Origin: Squalus acanthias
Taxonomy: Eukaryota
Direction: 5' to 3'
Assembly (NCBI GenBank): GCA_030390025.1
Contig: CM059432.1
Coordinates: forward strand, 29,886,001 to 29,950,000
DNA: 64,000 bases
Part shown: piece by piece, positions 37,795 through 49,794 of the stretch
Layout of the letters: each line of letters begins with the position of its first letter
How positions within the stretch are numbered: position 1 is the stretch's first letter
The notes under the pieces: model-generated
Told to the model about the DNA's origin: nothing
Database searches by the model: none
Seen by the model: the letters and a program-made list of their open reading frames with translations, nothing else
Made by a program: the position numbers and the translations under genes

Positions 37795-39789
37795 ATGGCA
37801 GCACAGCTTGGCCCCGTGGCATGCTCCTCCTGCACTATGTGGGAAATCAGGGACACGATGACCATGTGCGGGAAGTGTATCCAGCTGCAGCTACTGGCAG
37901 ACTGCATTGTGGCGCTGGAGCTGCGAAATGATACATACTGGAGCATTCGCGATGCTCAGGACGTCGTGGATATCACGTTTAATGAGTTGGTCACACCGCA
38001 GGTAAAGGCTGCACAGGCAGGAAGGGAATGGGTGACCACCAGGCAGAGTAGCAGGCGCAGGCAGGTAGTGCAGGGGTCCCCTGTGGCCATTCTCCTCTCA
38101 AACAGATATACCGCTTTGGATATTGTTGAGTAGGATGGGTTCTCGGGGGAAGGCAGCAGCAACCAACTTCCTGGCACCATGGGTGGTTCTGCTGCACAGG
38201 ACGGGAGGAAAAAGAGTGGCAGAGCTATAGTGATAGGGGATTCTATTGTAAGGGGAATAGACAGGCGTTTCTGCAGCCGCAAACGAAACTCCAGGATGGT
38301 ATGTTGCCTCCCTGGTGCAAGGGTCAAGGATGTCTCGGAGCGGCTGCAGGGCATTCTGGAGGGGGAGGGTGAACAGCCAGTTGTCGTGGTGCATATAGGT
38401 ACCAACGATATAGGTAAAATCTATATTAACGATTTGGAGGAGGGGACCGAGTGTAACATATCAAAGTTTGCAAGTGATACAAAGATGGGAGGGAAAGTAG
38501 AAAGTGAGGAGGACATAAAAAACCTACAAGGGGATATAGACAGGCTGGGTGAGTGGGCGGAGATTTGGCAGATGCAATACAATATTGGAAAATGTGAGGT
38601 TATGCACTTTGGCAGGAAAAATCAGAGAGCAAGTTATTATCTTAATGGCGAGAAACTGGAAAGTACTGCAGTACAAAGGGATCTGGGGTGCAAGAAAATC
38701 AAAAAGTTAGTATGCAGGTGCAGCAGGTGATCAAGAAGGCCAACGGAATGTTGGCTTTTATTGCTAGGGGGCTAGATTATAAAAACAGGGAGGTATTGCT
38801 GCAGTTACATAAGGTATTGGTGAGACCGCACCTGGAATACTGCATACAGTTTTGGTGTCCATACTTAAGAAAAGACATACTTGCTCTTGAGGCAGTACAA
38901 AGAAGGTTCACTCGGTTAATCCCGGGGATGAGGGGGTGGACATATGAGGAGAGGTTGAGTAGATTGGGACTCTACTCATTGGAGTTCAGAAGAATGAGAG
39001 GCGATCTTATTGAAACATATAAGATTGTGAAGGGGCTTGATCGGGTGGATGCGGTAAGGATGTTCCCAAGGATGGGTGAAACTAGAACTAGGGGGCATAA
39101 TCTTAGAATAAGGGGCTGCTCTTTCAAAACTGAGATGAGGAGAAACTTCTTCACTCAGAGGGTAGTAGGTCTGTGGAATTTGCTGCCCCAGGAAGCTGTG
39201 GAAGCTACATCATTAAATAAATTTAAAACAGAAATAGACAGTTTCCCAGAAGTAAAGGGAATTAGGGGTTACGGGGAGCGGGCAGGAAATTGGACATGAG
39301 GCTGAGTTCGGATCGGTCAAGGCCCTGTGGGTGGCGGAGTGGGCCCAGGGGCTGAGTGGCCGGGTCCTGCTCCTACTTCTTGTGTTTTTTAGATTTGAGG
39401 TTAGGATCAGATCAGCCATGATCTTATTGAATGGCGGAGCAGGCTCGAGGGGCCGATTGGCCTACTCCTGCTCCTATTTCTTATGTTCTTATGAGGTCCT
39501 AAAAGCTGAATATAGGGAGTTAGGAGGTAAATTAAAAAATAGGACCTTAAAGGTAGTAATCTCAGGATTGCTACCAGTGCCACGTACTAGTCAGAGTAGA
39601 AATAGAAGAGTATTTCAGATGAATACTTGGCTAGAAGAATGGTGCAAGGGGGAGGGATTCAAATTCCTGGGTCATTGGAACCGGTTCTGGGGGAGGTGGG
39701 ACCAGTACAAACTGGACGGTTTGCACCTGGGCAGGACTGGGACCGATGTCCTAGGGGGAGTGTTTGCTGGTGCTGTTGGGGAGGGTTGA
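37795..39789 (+). pseudogene. CR1 ORF1 (CxxC zinc finger, SGNH esterase), disrupted
   Basis: CSSCTMWE..CGKC; IVIGDSIVRG, CLPGARV, VHIGTNDIG, DGLHL; stop at 38131-38133 and a nested CR1 at 38420-39492. Confidence 0.85.
38420..39492 (+). mobile_element. 5'-truncated CR1 nested in ORF1 of the host CR1
   Basis: ORF1 ...GTNDIGK jumps to RT IYINDLEEG; ORF1 resumes (EVLKAEYRELG) after ttcttatgttcttat. Confidence 0.9.
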
Positions 39790-39954
39790 AACTAAAATGG
39801 CAGGGGGTTGGGAACCTGTGCAGGGAAACAGAGGAAAGGGAAGCAAGGATAGAAGCAAAAGACAGGAAGGAGAAAAGCAAAAGTGGAAGTCAGAGAAATC
39901 AAGGGTGTAAATCAAACATGGCCACAGTAAACAATAATTCTAAAAGATCTAAGA

Positions 39955-42783
39955 GTGTTAAAAAAAACAAGCCTGAAGGCTTTGTGTCTTAATGCGAGGA
40001 GCATTCGTAATAAGGTGGATGAATTAGCTGCGCAAATAGATGTAAACGGATATGATATAATTGGGATTACGGAGACATGGCTCCAGGGTGACCAAGGCTG
40101 GGAATTCAACATCCAGGGGTATTCAATATTCAGGAAGGACAGGCAAAAAGGAAAAGGAGGTGTGGTAGCATTTCTGGTTAAAGAAGAAATTAACACAATA
40201 GTAAGGAAGGATATTAGCTCTGATGATGTGGAATCTGTATGGGTAGAGCTGAGAAATACCAAGGGGCAGAAAACGTTAGTGGGAGTTGTATACAGACCCC
40301 CAAACAGTAATGCTGAGGTTGGGGATGGCATTAAACGGGAAATTAGTGATGCATGCAATAAGGGCACAGCAGTTATCATGGGTGACTTTAATCTACATAT
40401 AGATTGGGCTAACCAAATTAGTAACAATACTGTGGAAGAGGAATTCCTAGAGCGTATACGGGATGGTTTCCTGGACCAATATGTCGAGGAACCAACTAGA
40501 GATCAGGCCATCTTAGACTGGGTATTACGTAATGAGAAAGGATTAATTAGCAATCTTGTTGTGCGAGGCCCCTTAGGGAGGAGCGATCATAATATGATAG
40601 AATTCTTCATTAAGATGGAGAGTGAAGTAGTAGTTGACTCAGAGACTAGGGTACTGAATTTAAATAAAGGAAACTATGATGGTATGAGGCGCGAGTTGGC
40701 TAGGATGGATTGGGGAATGATACTTAAAGGGTTGACGGCGGATAGGCAATGGCAAACATTTAAAGATCGCATGGATGAACTACAGAATTTGTTCATCCCG
40801 GTTTGGCATAAAAATAAAACAAAAACGGTGACTCAACCGTGGCGAACAAGGGAAATTAGGGACAGCATAAGATCCAAGGAGAGGACATATAAATTGGCCA
40901 GAAAATGCAGCAAACCTGAGGATTGGGAGCAGTTTAGGATTCAGCAAAGGAGGACAAAGGGATTAATTAAGAGGGGGAAAATAGAGTATGAGAGTAAGCT
41001 TGCAGGGAACATAAAAACTGACTGTAAAAGCTTCTATAGATACGTGAAGAGAAAAAGATTGGTGAAGTCAAGCGTAGGTCCCTTGCAGTCAGAATCAGGG
41101 GAATTTATAATGGGGAACAAAGAAGTGGCAGACCAATTAAATACATACTTTGGTTCTGTCTTCACAAAGGAGGATACAAATAAACTCCCAGAGATGTCAG
41201 GGAACATAGGATCTAATGAGAGGGAGGAACTGAATGAAATCAGTATTTGTAGGGAAATGGCGTTAGGGAAATTGACGGGATTGAAGGCCGATAAATCCCC
41301 AGGGCCTGATAATCTACATCCTAGGGTACTTAAGGAAGTGGCCCTAGAAATAGTAGATGCATTGCTGGTCATCTTCCAAAATTCTATAGACTCTGGAACA
41401 GTTCCCATGGATTGGAGGGTAACTAATGTAACCCCACTATTTAAAAAAGGTGGTAGAGAGAAAATAGGGAATTATAGACCGGTAAGCCTGACATCGGTAG
41501 TGGGGAAAATGCTAGAATCCATTATAAAAGATGGAATAGCAGAGCACTTGGAAAACATTGACAGGATCTGACAAAGTCAACATGGATTTACAAAACGTAA
41601 ATCATGCTTGACTGATCTACTGGAATTTTTTGAGGATGTAACTGGTAGAATAGATAAGGGAGAACCAGTGGATGTGGTGTATTTGGACTTTCAGAAGGCT
41701 TTCGATAAGGTCCCGCATAAGAGATTAGCGTGCAAAGTTAAAGCACATGGGATTGGGGGTAAGGTACTGACTTGGATAGAAAACTGGTTGGCAGACAGGA
41801 AGCAAAGAGTTGGAATAAACGGGGCTTTTTCCGAGTGGCAGGCAGTGACTAGTGGGGTACCGCAGGGATCGGTGCTAGGACCCCAGTTATTCACAATATA
41901 TATTAATGATCTAGACGAGGGAATTAGATGTAATATCTCCAAGTTTGCAGACGACACAAAGCTGGGTGGGCGTGTGTGCTGTGAGGAGGATGCAGAGAAA
42001 CTCCAGTATGATTTGGACAGGTTGGGTGATTGGGCAGATGCATGGCAGATGCAGTATAATGTGGATAAATGCAAGGTTATCCACTTTGGTGGCAAAAACA
42101 GGAAGGCAGAATATTATCTGAACGGCAATAGATTGGGAAAAGGGGAAGTGCAACGAGACCTGGGTGTCCTTGTGCACCAGTCGCTGAAGGTAAGCATGCA
42201 GGTGCAGCAGGCGGTTAAGGCGGCAAATGGTATGTTGGACTTCATAGCGAGAGGATTCGAGTACAGGAGCAAGGATGTCTTGCTGCAGTTGTACAGGGCC
42301 TTGGTGAGACCACACCTTGAGTATTGTGTGCAGTTTTGGTCGCCTTATCTGAGGAAGGATGTTCTTGCCATGGAGGAAGTGCAGCGAAGATTCACCAGAC
42401 TGATACCTGGGATGGCAGGAATGACGTATGAGGAGAGATTGGGTCGATTAGGCTTATATTTGCTAGAGTTTAGAAGAATGAGAGGGGATCTGATTCAAAC
42501 TTATAAAATTCTAACAGGACTAGACAGACTAGATGCAGGAAGGATGTTCCCGATGGCGGGGGAGTCCAGAACCAGGGGTCACAGTCTAAGGATAAGGGGT
42601 AAGCCATTTAGGACTGAGATGAGGAGGAATTTCTTCACCCAGAGAGTGGTGAACCTGTGGAATTCTCTACCACAGAAGGCAGTTGAGGCCAATTCATTAA
42701 ATATATTCAAGAAGGAGTTAGATATATTTCTTAAGGCTAAGGGGATCAAGGGATATGCGGAGAAAGCAGGGACAGGGTACTGA
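39955..42783 (+). pseudogene. CR1 ORF2 (APE endonuclease + reverse transcriptase) with one in-frame stop
   Basis: ORFs 39955-41571 and 41608-42783 are in the same frame, separated only by TGA at 41569-41571 (DRI*QSQHGF); ITETWL, GDFN, SDH, FADD motifs intact. Confidence 0.93.
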
Positions 42784-43049
42784 ATTTGGATGATGAGCCA
42801 CGATCGCATTGAATGGCGGAGCAGGCTCGAGGGGCCGAATGGCCTACTCCTGCTCCTATCTTCTATGTAACTGGGATCAGCTTCCCAGTAACACCTGCAT
42901 TGAATGTTTAGCCACACTCAATGTATAGTGCTGCCAATTTTGTGATGGTGGCACATCACATGATTCAATTCCAACCTTGCCATCCTGTACTTGAAGAAGG
43001 GCAAAGGGAAAAGTGAGAAGAGTTGAGAATAATGCCAGTCAGGTTCTAG

Positions 43050-43370
43050 CTAGGAAAAGTCTCAGGTTCAGTATCTGGTCTGCCCCGAGTCTGTTGGTCT
43101 CAACTGGGTTAATAGTAAGCGTTACAACAATCAACCTCAACACCTCTGGACTATGGGGGGGGGGGGGCGGGGGCGGGGGGTGGAGGAGAAAATATCAGCT
43201 TGAGCTCCTGCTCCAGATCGTTATCTAGGTGCTGGAAGCACACGTGTATGTTATGTCCAGGGTCCAATAACATGCAGACACTCAATACTTGGCTCGGCCA
43301 CAAGGATGCGGTACTAGAGTGTTGCCGGTATCGTTGCACCCACGCATGAGTCAACATTACTAGATGAAGG
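43050..43370 (+). mobile_element. LF-SINE-like SINE with an internal G-run
   Basis: caggttcagt...acaatcaacctcaacacc...aaaatatcagc...ctcctgctccagatcgttatc. Confidence 0.5.
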
Positions 43371-45536
43371 AAGAAATGTTTATGTTCTTCTTTTTACACA
43401 TCAGCCTACAATTGATTTGGTGCTTTCATATAACTCAGTGTTCCATTTGTACAAGTTATCAGACGCAAGTTTCCCCGTTAGCCTCAACACTGCATTCTCC
43501 GACTCCCAGATGACAAACACCAACTGTTCTACTCATATTTAGTGGCTTATATTACAGTCTGCTATCAGGTACCAATGGCACTGGGAACATGGTGTAAAGA
43601 GCAACATATTAATACTGCTGTAATTGATAGAAATATTATAGGTATTATGGTTCGTAAAAAGATTTATTTCCTTCAGTAACATTGTGTTCTAGTTAAATAT
43701 AGACCAGAGCTCTGATAGTCCAAAGTATGGCAAAGGGTTTCAAGAGTATAATTATGAATGGACTCTTCCTCCAACCTGCACCAAAATACCTATTAAAAAT
43801 TAAATTTTTCATGGGAGTGCAACTGAGTCCTATAAAGGTTATATTGGAACAGCTGGGAGAGTTGCTTAAAGTCCCGAGGATTGAACCACTGAGTATCTCA
43901 GCTGGTAATTACACAACAGTGTTGTTGAGTTTTCTTTTTACTAAAGTTATTTTATTCCCCCCGCCACCCCCCATCCCGGTCTCCTGAGGAACAGAATGTG
44001 AGGAATAAACAAAACATGACGTAAGAACAGGAGTAGGTCTGTTCCGCCATCCAAATAGATCATGGCTGATCTGTACCTCAACTTTATTTCCTGGCCTTCG
44101 CTCCATATCCCTTGATACCCAACATAGTTGACATGCCAATATGCTAACTTTTGTGAGGTGTTGCGCTGCCAGTGGGACTTTGCACACTGTGGGCACAGGT
44201 CAGAAAATCGGGTCCTGGCCTTGCACACCGATTCACAGAGCGCCTAATACTCTGAGCAGCAAGTTGGACCAAAATAATTAGGCCAAGCTAGCGTCTTGCT
44301 ACCTCATTACAAAGTACTACAAAGTGTTTACAGCACAGAAACAGGCTATTTAGCCCAACAGTTCCATGCCGGTGTTTATGCTCCACACGAGCCTCCTCCC
44401 ACCCTTCTTCATTTAACCTCATCAACATATCCTAAAATTAAAATATCTAAACACCTAATTCAAAGACCTAAGATTTTAGCTGTTGGCACAAGTAATATTC
44501 TTAAAAATTGGGTACATGGGAGTCCTGGGCAGCATCTTAAAATGAGAAGGTAAGTTTCCAGTTCATTTATTCTTACATTTTCTCTTCCCTTGGTTGCATT
44601 TTCCCCCCATATATTAGTTGATTTTGCTGGGTAGTTCACTTTTTTACCACTTCCACTACTTTTCTGCATTATTCTTGCAAACTGCTGGATTTGATGTGGC
44701 ACCTTTTTAAAAATGATTTATTCTTTGGATGTGGATGTTGCTGGCAAGGTCAGCATTTATTGCCCATCCCTAATTACCCTGAGAAAGTGGTGGTGGGCCT
44801 TCTTGAATTGCTGGGAGCAGTTTTTTAATACTACTGAATGGTTTGCTAGACTACTTCAATGGTCAATTAAGAGTCAACAACATTGACCTTACAAAGAGGT
44901 GAGGATGTGTATTCCTTTGTGGGCATTCAAACATGCAGCAAAAGCGAGATATTGTCATAAGGAAAAACATTTGTAGGTGTGAGGACCTTGGAGGCATTTT
45001 GGCCACATTACCTTGGGATCTGTACCTGGACATGTCAGGAGTGCTGGATTCTTGGCCTCCACTTTACCAGACAGACCGACACAGAGTTGTGCCACCTGCA
45101 TTCAACATTTGGATCGGGGAAAGCTTTACTCATTGAAGTGACGGTTACCACAGCATTAAGCTTTCATGGTCGAAGATCCTTAAAGGTCATCTCAAGAGAT
45201 ACCTCTCACACATGTATCAGGGAAGTGACACTTGCTATGTTTCTAAGGTGTAAAACCTTCAACACTTTTCATCTGGAAAGGAGACATTAGTTGGACAGGA
45301 TGCACAACTGCGACCATCTAGCACGTCTGCTTTTATTGGAGGGTAGTTTTTAGTCTCAAATGGAGCTATTATTCTTTAGTGCACTTCCTAGAGCAGGGCT
45401 TCCTACCCTTTAACATCAAAATGTTACCCATGCCCCCATTGTGTAAACAATTAGCCCATTTTCTGTCATCACCACAACTCAGTGAACTGCAGCCCTTTAA
45501 CAGCTGCTCCCTCACCAGATTTTGTGCTCCCAAAGA

Positions 45537-45945
45537 CAAGTTACTTTGGCTCCTGGTCCAGTAACGCCTCAAATTTGAAATTCCCATCCTTGTGTTTAAA
45601 TCTCTCTATGACCTTACCCTTTCCTATCTCTGTAACCTTCTCCAGCCCTACAACACACTGAGAACTCTGCGTTCCTCCAATTCCGATGTCTTGTGCATCC
45701 CTGATTTCCTTCGCGCCACCACTGGCGGCCTTGCCTTCAGCTATCTAGGCCCCAAGCTCTGGAATGACCTCCCTAAACCTCTCGCCTGTCTCTCCTTTAA
45801 GATGCTCCTTGAAACCCACCTCTGACCAAACTTTTGGTCACCTGCCCTAATATCTCCTTATGTAGCTTGGTGTCAAGCTTTGTCTGATATCACTCCTGGG
45901 ACATTTTACTTCGTTAAAGATGCTATATAAGTCTAAGTAGTTGTT
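45537..45945 (+). mobile_element. L2 LINE 3' fragment
   Basis: FKSLYDLTLSYLCNLLQPY...LWNDLP; L2 tail. Confidence 0.85.
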
Positions 45946-46182
45946 CTTATTTAAAGAAAGCAAGTACAATTTCCTCAACCAGTCTTCATACCTCAAGGAA
46001 GGTGATGCTCTTCCTTACCTTTCTCTTTCCCCATCACTACAGGGAAATAATCTGCTCGCCACATGACGCCCAAGACTAAGAGTGGAAGTCAACATGCGAG
46101 CCAGCCCGCATCCCACCACTCCAAACCCAGGGCTCTCAAACTAGAAATCAGAACACTATACTAGAAATTGTTAAAGCACAGC

Positions 46183-46731
46183 TACCTCTTAGTATGAGCA
46201 AGGATTACATAGATAACCACAGAGGTGATGCACTCCGTTAATGGACGCAATTTGTTAAATAGGTTTGCAATTGTAGGAGTTACATAAGGAGTGATCCTAT
46301 CGACATCATTTTACAGGCTGCTGAAGGCACTGCTGCCAATGGTGGAGTGAAGGAAATCAGGGATGCATAAGATGCCGGAATTGGAGGAACCCAGACTTCT
46401 CAGAGTGTTGTAGGGCTGGAGAAGGTTTCAGAGATAGGAAGGGGTAAGGCCAGAGAGTTTTGAACATAAGGATGAGAATTTTAATTTTGAGGCGTTGCCG
46501 GACCAGGAGCCAAAGTAGCTTGACATCAATTATAAGATTTCATTTAATTAAGAACCAACTTTGTAAATTCAGTGTCCCAAGCTTTTAATAAAGCAGCCTG
46601 TGAAATGATGTAGATAGGATCACTCCTTATACAACTCCTACAATTACAAACCTATTTAACAAATTGCGTCCATTAACAGAGTCTGTCACCTCTATGATTA
46701 TCTGTGTAATCCTTGCTCATACTAAGAGGTA
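46183..46731. repeat. 140-bp inverted repeat (46183-46322 / 46592-46731) enclosing an inverted L2 copy
   Basis: tacctcttagtatgagcaaggattac... is the reverse complement of ...gtaatccttgctcatactaagaggta, with scattered mismatches. Confidence 0.9.
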
Positions 46732-47949
46732 TCTATTCATATTTAACTAATGGATTTCACTAATCCACATTCAGCCCCATATCTGCTGTCAGCTGCTTGT
46801 GAAGAGCTTTTTTTTTGTAGTACTTTTTTTCTCCACATCTCACCCTTCTGCCTCAGCACCGGCCTCTTTCTGTCAGGTTGCAGTTGTGGCCCGATGCTTG
46901 GCTGACGGTGCACTTTACAGCATAAGGCAAGTCCATCCACAGATTCCCAATTCCCCGTACCGCCACCAAGATGAAGCTTTCGAGTTTTCTCAAGTTTCCC
47001 CCCCCCCCCCGCCCCGATATTTTGCCATTTTTTTTTAAAAAACCTTTGAGAAGTGGAATCCTGTAATGAGGCAGTACTGGTCAATTGTGGGTGGTTTCCA
47101 AATTAAATTTGAAGGAAAAAAAACACATTGAAAATGCACAAGTCAATCAGCATTTGAAAGAGAATGATATAATTTTCTTTGGGCGGGGGGGAGGGGGGCG
47201 GCGCGGCGGTTCTCTGCCCCAACTTTCTCTTTCCGATGTGTATTTCCAGTTTTTATTGTCTTAATTTTGGACTTTCAGCATTGGTAGTTTCACTTTTTAG
47301 CTTTAGATTGGCAAAATTACAAGATAGTGGATACACATCTGATGCACAAAACGACTATTAATAAACCACCATCAGTACTAAGTTGGCAGTCTCACTCAGA
47401 GGGGAGCTGAGGATGGCTATTCTGAGAAGCTGAAATGTCACCCTGCGCATTAAGGGGTGTTCTTCTGAGGTTGCACATTAAAGATGATTAAACAGGTTCA
47501 CTCTAAAGATAGTTGTCCTATATCTGACCCGAGAATGCTAGATGCCAACAATGGATCCAAGAAGTGGATTAACATTTTCATTTCCAGGAAAAATCTCTTC
47601 CCTTCTACTCGCTCCTTCCAACCCCCCTTTCTTCTCGCCCAAGTAAAGGATAAAAAGGATTGTAGATGCTATTACAGGTAATTCAGAAAGGGTTCCCATT
47701 AAATAGACTCCTTATCAAATAAAAGGAACAAGTTTCCACTATACTTTTGGACCATTGGTTTATATATTGTGACCATATTACGTTGGTTGAAAGTCTTATG
47801 CAAGGACCCTAGTTATATAAATTGGAACCTGCCTTGAAATGGATGTAACCCAAAAGGGAATTCCTTTTAGCCAACTTTAAAATTTCTCATTTAAAAAAAA
47901 AATGCTTCCTTAACTTTGTTTTAAGGCTCCTGCCCCACCTACCCATTAA

Positions 47950-49020
47950 AAGCTGGTGCACAGGTACAAAAAATTAATAAAGGCTAATAGAAATCTGGCC
48001 TTTGTCTCAAGCGGAAGTTGGAATACAAAAGTGAGGAAGTGATGCTTCAGTTGTCCAGACCCATCTGGAGTACTGTGCTCAATTTTGGGCTCGACCCTCA
48101 GAAAAGATTCACGAGGTTCATTCCGGAGATGAAGGGGTTGTCTTATGAAGAAAGATTGAGCAGGTTGGGCCTATACTCATTGGAGTTTAGAAGAATGAGG
48201 GGGGATCTTATTGAAACATAAAAGATTCTGAAGGGGCTTGACAGGGTAGATGCAGAGAGGGTGTTTCCCCTCGTGGGGGAATCTAGAACTAGGGGGCATA
48301 GTTTCAAAATAAGGGGTCGCTCTTTTAAATCAGAAATGAGGAGGAATTTCTTCTCAGAGGGTCGTGAATCTTTGGAATTCTCTTCCCCAGAGAGCTGTGG
48401 CGGCTGGGTCATTGAATATATTTAAGGTGGAGATAGACAGATTTTTGAACGATAAGGGAGTCAAGGGTTATGGGGAGCAGGTAGGGAAGTGGAGTTGAGG
48501 CCAAGATCACATCAGCCATGATCTTATTGAATGGCGGAGCAGGCTCAAGGGGCCAAATGACCTACTCCTGCTCCTACGTCTTATGTTCTTATGCAAGATA
48601 CATTGGCCTTTGAGAGAGTACAGTGCAGATTCACCAGAATGATACCAAGCTTAACAAATTAAATTATTAGGACAGGTTGACCTAGTTGAGATTTTTAAAA
48701 AGATAAAGGGAATTGATAGGTAAATACAGATAAACTATTTCTTCTTGTGGGGGAAATCCAGAACAAGGGGGCATAATCTTTAATTTAGAGCTAGGCCATT
48801 TAGGAATCACATTTTCACACAAATGGTAGTGGAAAGCCTGGAACTCTCTCCCTAAAAAGGCTGTGGATGCTGGATCAATTGAAATTTTCAAGACTGAGAG
48901 CGATAGATTTTTGTTAGGTAAGGATATGGAGCAAAGACAGGTAAAAGGAATTGAGGTACAGATCAGCCATGATCTAATTGAATGGTGGAATAGGCTGAAT
49001 GGCCTACTCCACATCCTATG
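47950..49020 (+). mobile_element. Two adjacent CR1 3' fragments (about 47950-48592 and 48593-49020)
   Basis: LSYEERLSRLGLYSLEFRRMRGDLIET; two successive CR1 3' UTRs. Confidence 0.85.
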
Positions 49021-49794
49021 CTGCCAAATCTCTTGCCGAGTACAAGCTGCCACAAAGTGGTGCACAAGAAAAGATCAAGTGACAATCCCTTCAATTATCC
49101 ATCATCTGCAAGCACCCAGCCTCCCAACCTGGTGTCTCACCTGCACAATACAATGGGAAGGGTAAACACCAACAAAAATGAGCATCCTGCTCCAAGCAGC
49201 AGAGTGCACCAGATCATTAACAGCTCACAACTCACATCCGAACAGTCACGTTAATGCATTTGGTCTGATATTTCTTAAAAAGAAATAGATGAGAGAAAAC
49301 AAAGTAGTGGAACAATCTGGACTTGAATTCCAAATGTTATTTGATTTTTGCCATCATGGAATTTTTCCCCCTCCCTGGCAGTGCGATGTGTTCTCATGCC
49401 GGAGTCAGAACTGTGGGCACTTTGATTGATGCTGGTTACATCAGGAGACCAAATTGCGATGAAATTTGCAAATGAGTGGGTGGGAATTAATCTGAAGCAC
49501 TCACATTTCCTGCAGGTAAGCGCTGTGTGTGTAGAAATGGATTGCGTTTACATGGGAAACTAAAAAGGACAAAATGATGACTTTACATTCTCGTGAAAAA
49601 AGCAGGCTATTGGACAATGCATAACATAGAAACTGAAATGACCGACCCACAATAAATTAGTGAATGTAGAATCTTTAATCCATTAATGTTGCTTCTAAAA
49701 ATCAAGTAGTTAAAAAGAACTAATTTTAACTCATTATATCTAATTTGTTTAAATAATAAACATGAGGGAATGAAGCTGGGCAGGTGGAAGGGGT

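Larger units (their letters stand above)
37410..42868 (+). mobile_element. Near full-length CR1 LINE
   Basis: CpG-rich 5' UTR, ORF1 (zinc finger + SGNH esterase), ORF2 (APE + RT), 3' UTR ending ctcctgctcctatcttctatg. Confidence 0.95.

Noticed and set aside
43154..43184. G-run with G-quadruplex potential (also ~47180-47210)
   Set aside because: Simple expansion within decayed repeats; no evidence of function.
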